A DNA stretch of 64,000 nucleotides from Escherichia coli (GCF_044324875.1 NZ_CP172185.1); one strand, 5' to 3'. Positions 40,307 to 57,882 are shown, counted from the stretch's first letter. The notes: a model not told the origin generated them from the letters alone. Made by a program: numbers and translations.

Positions 40307-40566
40307 TTTTCCGCACTGACATAAACTGACAAATATTTAATCTCCCTTTCATTTAGCGTGAAAAATTGAATGAGATTATTCCTGCTTCTACAGCACTCAC
40401 CAGACATCTCTGATGCTGAACCCACTAAACTTATGAAGATTCTTTCATTATTAATTCAAAATTATTGAAATAAAAATAAATATCATTCAATTTGTTATTT
40501 TTGTGTTGCAATTCATTCTCCGACACGCCATTTTCTTTCTCTCGCAAATTCGTTTTGGATGCACTT

Positions 40567-41133
40567 ATGTCATTCACAAATACCCCTGAACGCTATGGTG
40601 TTATATCTGCGGCCTTCCATTGGCTAAGCGCAATTATTGTCTACGGCATGTTTGCTTTAGGTCTGTGGATGGTCACGCTCAGTTATTACGATGGCTGGTA
40701 TCACAAAGCACCCGAACTGCATAAAAGCATCGGTATTTTGTTAATGATGGGGCTGGTTATTCGCGTTCTGTGGCGCGTCATATCTCCACCGCCGGGTCCG
40801 CTGCAGAGTTATTCGCCCATGACTCGTCTTGGCGCAAAGGCTGGACATCTCGCATTGTACTTATTGCTGTTCGCCATCGGCATCAGCGGCTATCTGATCT
40901 CAACTGCCGATGGTAAACCGATCAGCGTTTTTGGCTGGTTTGACGTCCCCGCGACCCTCGCCGACGCTGGCGCACAGGCTGACTTCGCCGGTGCCCTGCA
41001 TTTTTGGCTCGCGTGGAACGTCGTAGTACTGTCCGTTATGCATGGATTTATGGCCCTGAAGCATCATTTCATCGATAAAGACGACACTCTGAAGCGCATG
41101 CTGGGAAAGTCGTCATCTGACTATGGAGTATAA
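40567..41133 (+). CDS. yceJ: Cytochrome b561 family protein
   Basis: ORF 40492..41133 trimmed to MSFTNTPERYGVISAAFHWL.. (188 aa); 4-TM di-heme His pattern. Confidence 0.92.
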   Translation: MSFTNTPERYGVISAAFHWLSAIIVYGMFALGLWMVTLSYYDGWYHKAPELHKSIGILLMMGLVIRVLWRVISPPPGPLQSYSPMTRLGAKAGHLALYLLLFAIGISGYLISTADGKPISVFGWFDVPATLADAGAQADFAGALHFWLAWNVVVLSVMHGFMALKHHFIDKDDTLKRMLGKSSSDYGV

Positions 41134-41136
41134 AAA

Positions 41137-41712
41137 ATGAAAAAAAGCCTGCTTGGTTTAACCTTCGCTTCCCTGATGTTCTCTGCCGGTTCAGCGGTTG
41201 CCGCCGATTACAAAATTGACAAAGAAGGTCAGCACGCCTTTGTTAACTTTCGCATCCAGCATCTTGGCTATAGCTGGTTATATGGCACCTTTAAAGATTT
41301 CGACGGTACTTTTACCTTTGATGAAAAAAATCCGGCTGCCGATAAAGTGAATGTGACAATTAACACCACCAGCGTCGATACTAATCACGCCGAACGCGAT
41401 AAACATCTTCGCAGTGCAGATTTCCTCAATACTGCAAAATATCCACTGGCAACATTCACCTCCACCAGCGTGAAGAAAGACGGTGACGACCTGGATATTA
41501 CCGGCGATCTGACGCTGAATGGCGTAACCAAACCCGTCACGCTGGAAGCGAAATTAATTGGTCAAGGCGACGACCCGTGGGGTGGTAAACGTGCAGGCTT
41601 CGAGGCCGAAGGCAAAATTAAGCTCAAGGACTTCAATATCAAAACAGATTTAGGTCCAGCTTCTCAGGAAGTGGATCTGATTATTTCAGTGGAAGGCGTA
41701 CAGCAGAAGTAA
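41137..41712 (+). CDS. yceI: Periplasmic YceI-family polyisoprenoid-binding protein
   Basis: 191-aa ORF with signal peptide. Confidence 0.94.
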   Translation: MKKSLLGLTFASLMFSAGSAVAADYKIDKEGQHAFVNFRIQHLGYSWLYGTFKDFDGTFTFDEKNPAADKVNVTINTTSVDTNHAERDKHLRSADFLNTAKYPLATFTSTSVKKDGDDLDITGDLTLNGVTKPVTLEAKLIGQGDDPWGGKRAGFEAEGKIKLKDFNIKTDLGPASQEVDLIISVEGVQQK

Positions 41713-41753
41713 GCGTGAAATGTTGCCGGATGGCACGCATCCGGCAATGATAT

Positions 41754-42806
41754 TTATTCTGTTGGATCAGGAATGCCCAGTGTTGTATTCAGACGTCCAC
41801 GAGACTTATTAAAGATCTTATTGCCATTTTCACGTCCTGCCCGACGGCGTCGCTGTTCTTCAGGCGGTAACGCGCTTTCTTCGCAGCAAATCTCACTACA
41901 ACAACCTTTGTATTTTTCCGCACATACTGGACACTGAATAAAAAGCAGGTGGCAGCCATCATTTTTACAGTTGGTATGGCTGTCGCACGGCGCACCGCAC
42001 TGGTGGCAATGCGCGATAATCTCATCAGATATACGTTCGCCCATCCGCTCGTCAAAAACAAAATTTTTGCCAATAAAACGTACCGGTAAACCCTGCTCGC
42101 GCGCCTTGCGGGCGTATTCAATAATTCCGCCCTCGATATGCCAGACTTTATTGAATCCGTTATGTTTCATCCAGGCACTGGCTTTTTCACAACGAATGCC
42201 GCCGGTGCAGTACATGACGATTTTTTTATCTTTATGTGCCTGCATCATCTCGACTGCTTTTGGCAACTGCTCACGGAAGGTATCTGCCGGAATTTCCAGC
42301 GCGTTTTCAAAGTGCCCCACTTCATACTCATAGTGGTTACGCATGTCGATAAACAATGCATCGGGATCGTCAAGCATGGCGTTCACTTCCGCCGCTTGCA
42401 GATACTCACCCACATTGCTGGCATCGAAGTGAGGATCGTCAATACCGTCGGCAACGATACGATCACGGACCTTCATGCGCAGTACCCAGAAGGATTTCCC
42501 GTCATCATCCAACGCGATATTCAGGCGTAAGCCCTCTAAAGCCGGGTCGAAGGCATAAAGCTGCGCGCGAAATGTTTCAACATTGCTCGCAGGTACGCTG
42601 ATTTGCGCGTTAATGCCCTCATGCGCCAGATACACTCGCCCAAAAACATCCAGCGCGGTAAACAGCTGATATAAAGCGTCACGGGTCGCCTTAGGATCGG
42701 CGATGTGGAAATACTTGTAAAACGAAATGGTGGTTCGCGGTTCGCTCTCAGCCAACATTTTGGCTTTTAACGCGTCGTTGGAAATGCGGTTGTGTAACAC
42801 TGGCAT
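41754..42806 (-). CDS. trhO: tRNA uridine(34) hydroxylase (rhodanese-domain protein YceA)
   Basis: ORF 41754..42860 trimmed to [10 protein letters not shown].. (350 aa); rhodanese active-site Cys (CTGGIRCEK) and C-terminal Cys-rich tail. Confidence 0.92.
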   Translation of the reverse strand: MPVLHNRISNDALKAKMLAESEPRTTISFYKYFHIADPKATRDALYQLFTALDVFGRVYLAHEGINAQISVPASNVETFRAQLYAFDPALEGLRLNIALDDDGKSFWVLRMKVRDRIVADGIDDPHFDASNVGEYLQAAEVNAMLDDPDALFIDMRNHYEYEVGHFENALEIPADTFREQLPKAVEMMQAHKDKKIVMYCTGGIRCEKASAWMKHNGFNKVWHIEGGIIEYARKAREQGLPVRFIGKNFVFDERMGERISDEIIAHCHQCGAPCDSHTNCKNDGCHLLFIQCPVCAEKYKGCCSEICCEESALPPEEQRRRRAGRENGNKIFNKSRGRLNTTLGIPDPTE

Positions 42807-43030
42807 GGTGTACGGTTCCTGCGAGATGGGAAAGTAAAAATCCGCGGCATGATATAGCAATTATCGATAATTAACATCCACACATTTTACGCTACATTTG
42901 CGCATTAAAAATTATTTGTTATTTACAAGCGCGGCAATTTCGCCCAGTCTTCAGCCACAAATTTTGGTTGCGGGCGAAAAAATGCGACAATACATACAAT
43001 TGCCCGTATAGGTTGAAAAACAGGATTGAT

Positions 43031-43951
43031 ATGACGAATCTACCCAAGTTCTCCACCGCACTGCTTCATCCGCGTTATTGGTTAACCTGGTTGGGTATTG
43101 GCGTACTTTGGTTAGTCGTGCAATTGCCCTACCCGGTTATCTACCGCCTCGGTTGTGGATTAGGAAAACTGGCGTTACGTTTTATGAAACGACGCGCAAA
43201 AATTGTGCATCGCAACCTGGAACTGTGCTTCCCGGAAATGAGCGAACAAGAACGCCGTAAAATGGTGGTGAAGAATTTCGAATCCGTTGGCATGGGACTG
43301 ATGGAAACTGGCATGGCGTGGTTCTGGCCGGACCGCAGAATAGCCCGCTGGACGGAAGTGATCGGCATGGAACACATTCGTGACGTGCAGGCGCAAAAAC
43401 GCGGCATCCTGTTAGTTGGCATCCATTTTCTGACACTGGAGCTGGGTGCGCGGCAGTTTGGTATGCAGGAACCGGGGATTGGCGTTTACCGCCCGAACGA
43501 TAATCCACTGATTGACTGGCTACAAACCTGGGGCCGTTTGCGCTCAAATAAATCGATGCTCGACCGCAAAGATTTAAAAGGCATGATTAAAGCCCTGAAA
43601 AAAGGCGAAGTGGTCTGGTACGCACCGGATCATGATTACGGCCCGCGCTCAAGCGTTTTCGTCCCGTTGTTTGCCGTTGAGCAGGCTGCGACCACGACCG
43701 GAACCTGGATGCTGGCACGGATGTCCGGCGCATGTCTGGTGCCCTTCGTTCCACGCCGTAAGCCAGATGGCAAAGGGTATCAGTTGATTATGCTGCCGCC
43801 AGAGTGTTCTCCGCCGCTGGATGATGCCGAAACCACCGCCGCGTGGATGAACAAAGTGGTCGAAAAATGCATCATGATGGCACCAGAGCAGTATATGTGG
43901 TTACACCGTCGCTTTAAAACACGCCCGGAAGGCGTTCCTTCACGCTATTAA
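43031..43951 (+). CDS. lpxL: Lipid A lauroyl acyltransferase
   Basis: ORF 42968..43951 trimmed to [17 protein letters not shown].. (306 aa); LpxL/HtrB family. Confidence 0.95.
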
Positions 43952-44122
43952 ATCTCCCATGCCGGATGCTTCAGAAGGGTATCCGGCATTACCACAGCAA
44001 ATCCCCCTGATTTAGCGATAAAAGCTCTCTGGATTGCGCCCCCTGGAAGTCGGGCGCATAATTAGTGTGCTTATCTTTTCTTCTTATGTTCACCGCGCCT
44101 GGCGCACCAACAGCGGATTGCT

Positions 44123-45326
44123 ATGTCACCCTGTGAAAATGACACCCCTATAAACTGGAAACGAAACCTGATCGTCGCCTGGCTAGGCTGTTTTCTTACG
44201 GGTGCCGCCTTCAGCCTGGTAATGCCCTTCTTACCCCTCTACGTTGAGCAGCTTGGCGTTACGGGCCACTCCGCCTTGAATATGTGGTCCGGTATTGTCT
44301 TCAGCATTACATTTTTATTTTCGGCCATCGCCTCACCGTTTTGGGGTGGACTCGCCGACCGTAAAGGCCGAAAACTCATGCTATTACGCTCTGCCCTCGG
44401 CATGGGCATCGTGATGGTGTTGGCAGTTTTTGATCCTACGGGCGCTTCTTGGGTTACTTGGCGGATTTGTCCCCAACGCTAATGCTCTTATCGCCACACA
44501 AGTACCACGTAATAAAAGCGGCTGGGCGCTGGGGACGCTTTCCACAGGCGGCGTTAGCGGTGCGTTGCTCGGCCCAATGGCTGGCGGTTTGCTTGCCGAT
44601 AGCTACGGCTTACGTCCGGTATTCTTTATTACCGCCAGTGTGCTCATACTCTGCTTTTTCGTCACCCTGTTTTGCATCAGAGAAAAATTCCAGCCGGTCA
44701 GCAAAAAAGAGATGCTGCACATGCGGGAAGTGGTGACATCACTTAAAAAACCGAAACTGGTACTCAGCCTGTTTGTCACTACGTTAATCATCCAGGTGGC
44801 GACGGGCTCAATTGCCCCCATTCTGACGCTGTATGTCCGCGAACTGGCGGGTAACGTCAGTAACGTCGCCTTTATCAGTGGCATGATCGCCTCGGTGCCA
44901 GGCGTGGCGGCTCTGCTGAGTGCACCACGACTCGGCAAACTTGGCGATCGAATCGGACCCGAAAAGATCCTGATTACGGCGCTGATCTTTTCTGTACTGC
45001 TATTGATCCCAATGTCTTACGTTCAGACGCCATTACAACTTGGGATTTTACGTTTTTTGCTCGGTGCCGCCGATGGTGCACTACTCCCCGCCGTACAGAC
45101 ACTGTTGGTTTACAACTCGAGCAACCAAATCGCCGGGCGTATCTTCAGCTATAACCAGTCGTTTCGTGATATTGGAAACGTTACCGGACCATTGATGGGA
45201 GCCGCGATTTCAGCGAACTACGGTTTCAGAGCGGTATTTCTCGTCACCGCTGGCGTAGTGTTATTCAACGCAGTCTATTCATGGAACAGTCTACGTCGTC
45301 GTCGAATACCCCAGGTATCGAACTGA
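44123..45326 (+). pseudogene. mdtG: MFS efflux transporter MdtG, disrupted by a frameshift (apparent ~23-nt deletion near 44422/44423)
   Basis: Two ORF-track entries in different frames (44123..44482 and 44430..45326) together match one MFS transporter; first frame ends at TAA 44480..44482 after 19 out-of-frame codons; span of 1204 nt is not a multiple of 3. Confidence 0.85.
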
Positions 45327-45408
45327 TTTTTCGCCTTTCATACTTGCAAAAGCGGAGAATCAGCTATCCTTTTCCCTGAAACCTCATCAACTCAAAGGGA
45401 GAATCGTG

Positions 45409-45783
45409 ATGACCATGTACGCAACGCTTGAAGAAGCCATTGACGCTGCACGCGAAGAATTTCTTGCAGACAACCCCGGCATCGACGCCGAAGATGCGAA
45501 TGTGCAACAGTTCAATGCCCAAAAATACGTTTTGCAGGACGGCGACATCATGTGGCAAGTTGAGTTTTTTGCCGACGAAGGGGAAGAAGGTGAATGTTTA
45601 CCTATGCTTAGCGGTGAAGCCGCGCAAAGTGTCTTTGATGGCGACTATGATGAGATAGAGATCCGCCAGGAGTGGCAGGAAGAGAATACATTACATGAAT
45701 GGGACGAGGGGGAATTTCAGCTTGAGCCACCGCTGGATACCGAGGAAGGACGCGCAGCAGCTGATGAGTGGGATGAACGTTAA
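45409..45783 (+). CDS. msyB: Acidic protein MsyB
   Basis: 124-aa highly acidic ORF (MTMYATLEEAIDAAREEF..). Confidence 0.93.
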   Translation: MTMYATLEEAIDAAREEFLADNPGIDAEDANVQQFNAQKYVLQDGDIMWQVEFFADEGEEGECLPMLSGEAAQSVFDGDYDEIEIRQEWQEENTLHEWDEGEFQLEPPLDTEEGRAAADEWDER

Positions 45784-46011
45784 TTACTCATACGGGCCAT
45801 GATGGATGTCGATCGGCAGCAGTAAAGTATCAAAAACCAGGGAGAATGGCAGATCAAGGATTGTGACATAACGCCAGGCGGAGTCACGCACATCCCATTG
45901 CACACCGGGATAATATTGGTTGCCATGCCCCTGCCCCGGTATAGTGCGACTAATAATGCTGCCACAGCCACTCAGCAAGGTCACCATGATGCTCACCACA
46001 ATTAAACGCAT
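45784..46011 (-). CDS. yceK: Lipoprotein YceK
   Basis: 75-aa ORF with lipobox LSGC. Confidence 0.9.
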   Translation of the reverse strand: MRLIVVSIMVTLLSGCGSIISRTIPGQGHGNQYYPGVQWDVRDSAWRYVTILDLPFSLVFDTLLLPIDIHHGPYE

Positions 46012-46075
46012 TTGATACCTCTTCCGTAAAAAAATACCGGCATAACGCCGGTATTTTTATTGGCTCGTTGTTTTT

Positions 46076-46172
46076 GCCGAATGCGGCGTGAACGCCGTAT
46101 CCGACCTACAAAATCTTGCAAAATCAACACATTGCAGGAGCGATGTAGGCCTGATAAGCGTAGCGCATCAGG
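46076..46172. repeat. REP/BIME-type extragenic palindromes
   Basis: gccgaatgcggcgtgaacgccgtatccgacctac and gtaggcctgataagcgtagcgcatcaggc, inverted REP copies between yceK and opgH. Confidence 0.65.
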
Positions 46173-46183
46173 CAACTACGTTT

Positions 46184-50366
<4,183 letters not shown>

Positions 50367-50648
50367 TCAGCACGCTGGCTCATGGATTAAGCACCTGATT
50401 GCAACCGTTTTCACTTTCCGTGCTTCTCCTAAAGACAGAAGCATCGACTTCGTGTAGGGTTTGCCAGCAAATTTATTTATCAACCGTCTTACAGACGCTT
50501 CCATTCTGGTTAGTGGTAGCGATGATGCTATGCATAAAAACCTTGAAGCCTGCGCCTGGCGCGGTCAGGTCGGTGTCGCTATGGCAACAAGCCTAAAGGC
50601 ATAACCCGACAGGGATAAGACGAAAAATCCGAGATTAGTTAACCATAT

Positions 50649-51806
50649 ATGAACCCAGTACCCGCGCAACGTGAATATTTCCTCGACTCCATCCGCGCCT
50701 GGCTGATGTTGTTAGGGATCCCTTTTCATATTTCTTTAATCTATTCGAGCCATACATGGCATGTGAATAGCGCCGAACCGTCATTGTGGCTGACCCTTTT
50801 TAATGACTTCATCCACTCGTTCCGCATGCAGGTATTTTTCGTTATATCCGGGTACTTTTCCTACATGCTTTTTTTACGCTATCCCTTGAAAAAATGGTGG
50901 AAAGTACGTGTCGAACGTGTAGGTATCCCGATGTTAACAGCCATCCCCCTACTGACATTACCGCAATTTATTATGCTGCAATACGTCAAAGGGAAAGCGG
51001 AAAGTTGGCCTGGCCTGTCATTGTATGACAAATATAATACGTTGGCCTGGGAATTAATATCACACCTGTGGTTTTTACTGGTGTTAGTAGTCATGACGAC
51101 GCTGTGCGTATGGATATTTAAACGCATCAGAAATAATTTAGAAAATTCTGATAAAACGAATAAAAAATTCTCGATGGTAAAACTATCGGTGATTTTTTTG
51201 TGCCTCGGCATCGGCTATGCGGTAATAAGAAGAACGATTTTTATTGTGTATCCGCCCATTCTGAGTAACGGCATGTTCAATTTTATTGTCATGCAAACGC
51301 TATTTTATTTGCCGTTCTTTATCCTCGGCGCACTGGCTTTCATTTTCCCTCATCTTAAAACCTTGTTTACCACGCCGTCTCGTGGCTGTACCCTTGCAGC
51401 AGCATTGGCATTTGTCGCTTACTTACTCAACCAGCGCTATGGCAGTGGCGATGCCTGGATGTACGAAACCGAGTCGGTGATCACCATGGTCCTCGGTCTG
51501 TGGATGGTGAATGTGGTCTTCTCCTTCGGCCACCGTTTGCTTAACTTCCAGTCAGCGCGGGTGACTTACTTTGTTAATGCATCGCTGTTTATCTATCTGG
51601 TTCACCACCCGTTAACGCTGTTTTTCGGCGCGTACATTACACCGCACATCACATCCAACTGGCTTGGTTTTCTCTGTGGCCTGATATTCGTAGTAGGGAT
51701 TGCGATAATTCTGTATGAAATTCATTTACGCATCCCGTTACTGAAGTTTTTGTTCTCTGGTAAACCGGTTGTTAAGCGTGAGAACGATAAAGCACCAGCC
51801 CGTTAA
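50649..51806 (+). CDS. opgC: Glucan succinyltransferase, membrane acyltransferase family
   Basis: 385-aa polytopic ORF divergent from opgGH. Confidence 0.92.
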   Translation: MNPVPAQREYFLDSIRAWLMLLGIPFHISLIYSSHTWHVNSAEPSLWLTLFNDFIHSFRMQVFFVISGYFSYMLFLRYPLKKWWKVRVERVGIPMLTAIPLLTLPQFIMLQYVKGKAESWPGLSLYDKYNTLAWELISHLWFLLVLVVMTTLCVWIFKRIRNNLENSDKTNKKFSMVKLSVIFLCLGIGYAVIRRTIFIVYPPILSNGMFNFIVMQTLFYLPFFILGALAFIFPHLKTLFTTPSRGCTLAAALAFVAYLLNQRYGSGDAWMYETESVITMVLGLWMVNVVFSFGHRLLNFQSARVTYFVNASLFIYLVHHPLTLFFGAYITPHITSNWLGFLCGLIFVVGIAIILYEIHLRIPLLKFLFSGKPVVKRENDKAPAR

Positions 51807-51813
51807 GCCGCGT

Positions 51814-53244
51814 TTATAATAACCATTCCATGGGCAATATCGATGCCAGTCTGACCATAACCCGCTTCCAGAAACTGGTGGCGGGTTCTTTTTTGAGAAC
51901 AATTTCTTTCTTTGCATGACGATCAACCCAGTTGATCCGTCCCCACCTGTCCAGACGGAGCTGCCAGGCCGCATCATACTGGCTCTGAATAAAGCGTTTA
52001 TCAATTAACTGTGCCAGCGTTTCGCTCTCTATCACGAACCCCATTTCAGTATTGAGCAATGTCGAACGCGGATCGAAATTGAAAGAGCCGATAAACACCG
52101 TTTTACCATCGATGCTAAAGGTTTTAGCATGCAGGCTGGCACCGGAATTACCGGTTATGCCGCGATCGTGTAACGTACTACTTTGTTCACGCGTCGGCTT
52201 GAGTTCATATAATTCCACGCCGTAGCGGAGCAATTTTTTGCGCCAGCGCGCGTATCCGGCATGGACGACAGCAACATCGTTAGCGGCAAGAGAATTGGTT
52301 AGGATCGCAATCTTTACCCCTTTTCTCACCATCCGTAAGAGTTGCGCCACACCTGCGCGTGTCGGTACAAAATAGGAAGAGATAATATCGATGCGTTCAC
52401 TGGGTGAGCCCATGATATCGAACAGGCGCTGCGGTAACAGTGAATGCCGTTTTGCCTTGCCCTCCCCTTTCGCCGGATCATCACTTAATAAACGTGTTTT
52501 CGCCCAGATAAGCGGCAACGTTCCATCAACCAGATGATTTATAAACGGGCTGGATTCCATTTTGCGTAAATAACGATGCGTCATGGCATCGTTGTGCCAG
52601 GATGCTGGTAACTCGATGCGATCCGCCATTTCACCTTCCGGGACATCCAGCACCTGCTGTAGGGGTGAAACCGATTTGCAATACCAGTAGCGGGCGAAAT
52701 CATCGGCAACGTCCTCTACAACTGGTCCTATTGCCATGACATCTAAATCCGAAAAAAGTGGCTCTTCCCCTGCCCCAAAATAGGCATCACCAATATTTCG
52801 TCCTCCCACCAGGGTAACCACGCCATCAACAGTGAAACTTTTATTGTGCATACGGCGATTGAGACGGGAAAAGTCGGTGATATAACCAAGCGGACGTAGC
52901 AAGCGAAACGAGAAAGGATTAAAAAGCCGGACTTCAATGCGGGGATGACTGTCAAGCAAGCGTAAAATGTCGTCAAGTCCGGGTGTATTGTTGTCGTCCA
53001 GCAACAAACGGACGCGAACGCCACGCTTTGCTGCGGCTAACAGGGCGGAAAACAGTAACCGACCCGACATATCGTCCTGCCAGATGTAATACTGAACATC
53101 CAGCGTATGCTCTGCCATTTCGGCCAGACGATACCGGGCGGCAAACGCATCCAGACTTTTCTCCAGAGGAAAAAGGCCACACTGACCGGGATGTTGCGAA
53201 CACAGTGGCAGCACCGCGCTCGCCAGCCGGGGCAAATCATTCAT
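51814..53244 (-). CDS. clsC: Cardiolipin synthase C (PLD superfamily)
   Basis: ORF 51814..53304 with two HxK(x4)D PLD motifs (HNKSFTVDG and HAKTFSIDG); start chosen at internal Met (MNDLPRL) and is uncertain. Confidence 0.88.
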   Translation of the reverse strand: MNDLPRLASAVLPLCSQHPGQCGLFPLEKSLDAFAARYRLAEMAEHTLDVQYYIWQDDMSGRLLFSALLAAAKRGVRVRLLLDDNNTPGLDDILRLLDSHPRIEVRLFNPFSFRLLRPLGYITDFSRLNRRMHNKSFTVDGVVTLVGGRNIGDAYFGAGEEPLFSDLDVMAIGPVVEDVADDFARYWYCKSVSPLQQVLDVPEGEMADRIELPASWHNDAMTHRYLRKMESSPFINHLVDGTLPLIWAKTRLLSDDPAKGEGKAKRHSLLPQRLFDIMGSPSERIDIISSYFVPTRAGVAQLLRMVRKGVKIAILTNSLAANDVAVVHAGYARWRKKLLRYGVELYELKPTREQSSTLHDRGITGNSGASLHAKTFSIDGKTVFIGSFNFDPRSTLLNTEMGFVIESETLAQLIDKRFIQSQYDAAWQLRLDRWGRINWVDRHAKKEIVLKKEPATSFWKRVMVRLASILPMEWLL

Positions 53245-53770
53245 CTCCTTGTTGAGTAAGGAGTCTTTCGTAGAGGTGGGCGTTTTCTTCATCATAACAG
53301 ACAAAGTATACCTGTTCGGGTAAAGCGTGACGGGTAATAAATTCTGAAACGGTTTTTACTGCGATTTCAGCCGCTGCCGCACGAGGGTAACCATAAACTC
53401 CAGTACTGATTGCAGGAAAAGCCACTGACGTATAGCTGTTTGCTGCCACCAGTCGCAGGCTATTGAGATAGGCATCCTGCAAAAGCTGGTCTTCGTTTTG
53501 TTCACCACCACGCCAGACTGGCCCGACGGTGTGCACTACGGCTTTCGCAGGAAGATCGCCTGCAAGCGTAATAACGGCATGCCCCGTAGGGCAATCGCCC
53601 TGCTGCTGCCTGACTTTTAAACAGGCATCCAGCAGGGCCGGACCCGCTGCGCGATGAATGGCCCCATCGACGCCGCCGCCTCCCATTAATGACGGATTAG
53701 CCGCATTCACAATCACATCAACGGCCAGTTTGGTAATATCACCCTGCACAACATGAATACGCGTTTTCAT
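53237..53770 (-). CDS. ymdB: Macro-domain O-acetyl-ADP-ribose deacetylase
   Basis: 177-aa ORF with macro-domain fold motifs ([15 protein letters not shown]). Confidence 0.94.
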
Positions 53771-53864
53771 AACGCCTCCTTACACCTTCTTGTTTCTTAA
53801 GTGTACAGCAGGCTTTTTGGTTAAATCGCATTTTTCTGCTCAGCAACGTGAGTTGTTCAGAAAC

Positions 53865-54199
<335 letters not shown>

Positions 54200-54205
54200 A
54201 TCATC

Positions 54206-54629
<424 letters not shown>

Positions 54630-54687
54630 ATTCTTCTCCCGAAAAAAAACAGGGCTTGCGCCCTGTTTCTTTAATACAGAGGATGTA

Positions 54688-55146
54688 TTAGTACTGATGA
54701 GCGGTCGCGTTGTTACCAAAGCCAACCTGAGTGACGTTAACGCTGGAGTTAGATGCAGTCTGGTCAACAGCAGCACCGTTACCGCCACCGAACTGTTTAA
54801 CTGTCATATGAGAGTCTTTACCGTTCCACTGATCAAGAGTGGCGCTGTTACCAAAGCCACGTTGGGTCAGATCGATTGAGCTGTCATCTGAGCCCTGACC
54901 AACATCTGCACCGTTACCACCACCATGCTGGGTAATAGTAAGATCAGAGTTACGAGCATCAGCTTGCAGAGCAAGTGCAGAGTTACCACCACCGTACTGA
55001 TAAATATTCAGCTCTGAATTCGGGCCGCTGTTATTACCGCCACCACCGTGGTTACCGCCACCGCCGCCGTACTGAGGAACAACACCTGCCAGAGCGCTAC
55101 CGGAGAATACGATTGCTGCAATTGCTGCTACTTTTAAAAGTTTCAT
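54688..55146 (-). CDS. csgA: Major curlin subunit
   Basis: 152-aa ORF with signal peptide and five imperfect S-x5-Q-x-G-x-G-N-x-A-x3-Q repeats. Confidence 0.96.
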   Translation of the reverse strand: MKLLKVAAIAAIVFSGSALAGVVPQYGGGGGNHGGGGNNSGPNSELNIYQYGGGNSALALQADARNSDLTITQHGGGNGADVGQGSDDSSIDLTQRGFGNSATLDQWNGKDSHMTVKQFGGGNGAAVDQTASNSSVNVTQVGFGNNATAHQY

Positions 55147-55186
55147 GTAAAACCCCCATCGGATTGATTTAAAAGTCGAATGGAAA

Positions 55187-55642
55187 TTAACGTTGTGTCA
55201 CGCGAATAGCCATTTGCGACTGTCTCTGCACTACAATTGCCGTTTTTTGAGTACCATACTGTGTAATATTTGCTTTATTACCAGAACCTTTCTGGATAAT
55301 CATCGCAGTATTACCATAAGCACCTTGCGAAATACTGGCATCGTTGGCATTGCCCGCCTGATCAATATATGCAAGGTTATAATCTCCTGTCTGGTCAATC
55401 TTTGCCCGGTTGCTACTACCTTCTTGCGCAACAACCGCCAAAAGTTTTGAGCCTCCCTGCCGTAACTGAGCACTATTATTAGTCCCAGCTTGACCAATTA
55501 TGGCTGCCTGATTAAATGAAGACTTACTCAATTCATTTACCGCGAAGTTATATTCTGAATTAGCTAAATCATAACCTGCTGCGGCTGCAATCCCAGGCGC
55601 ACCCAGTATTGTTAACATCATAAATAACAATTTGTTTTTCAT
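55187..55642 (-). CDS. csgB: Minor curlin / nucleator
   Basis: ORF 55187..55669 trimmed to MKNKLLFMMLTILG.. (151 aa); curlin repeats. Confidence 0.95.
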   Translation of the reverse strand: MKNKLLFMMLTILGAPGIAAAAGYDLANSEYNFAVNELSKSSFNQAAIIGQAGTNNSAQLRQGGSKLLAVVAQEGSSNRAKIDQTGDYNLAYIDQAGNANDASISQGAYGNTAMIIQKGSGNKANITQYGTQKTAIVVQRQSQMAIRVTQR

Positions 55643-56396
55643 GTTGTCACCCTGGACCTGGTCGTACATTTAAGAAATTAAATCATTTCAACTTGGTTGT
55701 TAACGCAACCTGTATTTTGTTAACGCTGCGTTACGATGGAAAGTATGTCTGCGGAAATATTTTTAATAACTCACCCGCGCGTTGTATTTTTCTTTTTTTG
55801 TTCATACCAAAGTATTAAAACCCACGTAAATACGCTGTTATCTACGCAAAAAAATATTTTGTTTTCTTTTAAATCTCCGTTTTCCGCAATCAAAAATCAC
55901 CATACAGCCATTCTTCTTGCCCGTCGCTGATTGCTGCGATATGTCTTGCGCACAAGCCGTGACAAACCTCGTCTTTTTGCAGTAAAAAATTGTCCACGGT
56001 GGTGTAGAGAAAAAACAAGAACGTTTTACATGACGAAAGGACTACACCGAAATATTTTTTATATGCATTATTAGCAAGTTAGCACCATTTGTATGATTTT
56101 TTAAAATTGTGCAATAAAAACCAAATGTACAACTTTTCTATCATTTCTAAACTTAATAAAACCTTAAGATTAACATTTTAATATAACGAGTTACATTTAG
56201 TTACATGTTTAACACTTGATTTAAGATTTGTAATGGCTAGATTGAAATCAGATGTAATCCATTAGTTTTATATTTTACCCATTTAGGGCTGATTTATTAC
56301 TACACACAGCAGTGCAACATCTGTCAGTACTTCTGGTGCTTCTATTTTAGAGGCAGCTGTCAGGTGTGCGATCAATAAAAAAAGCGGGGTTTCATC
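55643..56396. promoter_or_regulatory. csgBAC / csgDEFG divergent regulatory region (csgD promoter, OmpR site, csgD 5' UTR, csgB promoter)
   Basis: 754-bp AT-rich intergenic region; OmpR-type direct repeat gttacatttagttacatgtttaac near 56189..56213; candidate csgD -10 TAGATT at 56238..56243, about 150 nt upstream of csgD ATG. Confidence 0.6.
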
Positions 56397-57047
<651 letters not shown>

Positions 57048-57051
57048 AGCC

Positions 57052-57441
57052 ATGAAACGTTATTTACGCTGGATTGTGGCGGCAGAATTTCTGTTCGCCG
57101 CAGGGAATCTTCACGCCGTTGAGGTAGAAGTCCCGGGATTGTTAACTGACCATACTGTTTCATCTATTGGCCATGATTTTTACCGAGCCTTTAGTGATAA
57201 ATGGGAAAGTGACTATACGGGTAACTTAACGATTAATGAAAGGCCCAGTGCACGATGGGGAAGTTGGATCACAATAACGGTCAATCAGGACGTTATTTTC
57301 CAGACTTTTTTATTCCCGTTGAAAAGAGACTTCGAGAAAACTGTCGTCTTTGCACTGATTCAAACTGAAGAAGCACTAAATCGTCGCCAGATAAATCAGG
57401 CGTTATTAAGTACGGGCGATTTGGCGCATGATGAATTCTAA
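57052..57441 (+). CDS. csgE: Curli secretion specificity factor
   Basis: 129-aa ORF with signal peptide. Confidence 0.94.
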
Positions 57442-57465
57442 ATAAAAAATTGTTCGGAGGCTGCA

Positions 57466-57882
57466 ATGCGTGTCAAACATGCAGTAGTTCTACTCATGCT
57501 TATTTCGCCATTAAGTTGGGCTGGAACCATGACTTTCCAGTTCCGTAATCCAAACTTTGGTGGTAACCCAAATAATGGCGCTTTTTTATTAAATAGCGCT
57601 CAGGCCCAAAACTCTTATAAAGATCCGAGCTATAACGATGACTTTGGTATTGAAACACCCTCAGCGTTAGATAACTTTACTCAGGCCATCCAGTCACAAA
57701 TTTTAGGTGGGCTACTGTCGAATATTAATACCGGTAAACCGGGCCGCATGGTGACCAACGATTATATTGTTGATATTGCTAACCGCGATGGTCAATTGCA
57801 GTTGAACGTGACAGATCGTAAAACCGGACAAACCTCGACCATCCAGGTTTCGGGTTTACAAAATAACTCAACCGATTTTTAA
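57466..57882 (+). CDS. csgF: Curli nucleation/assembly factor
   Basis: 138-aa ORF with signal peptide. Confidence 0.94.

Noticed and set aside
50399-50596. 65-aa ORF in the opgG-opgC divergent intergenic region
   Set aside because: Lies in the divergent promoter region, with no obvious RBS and no recognisable features; likely a chance ORF.
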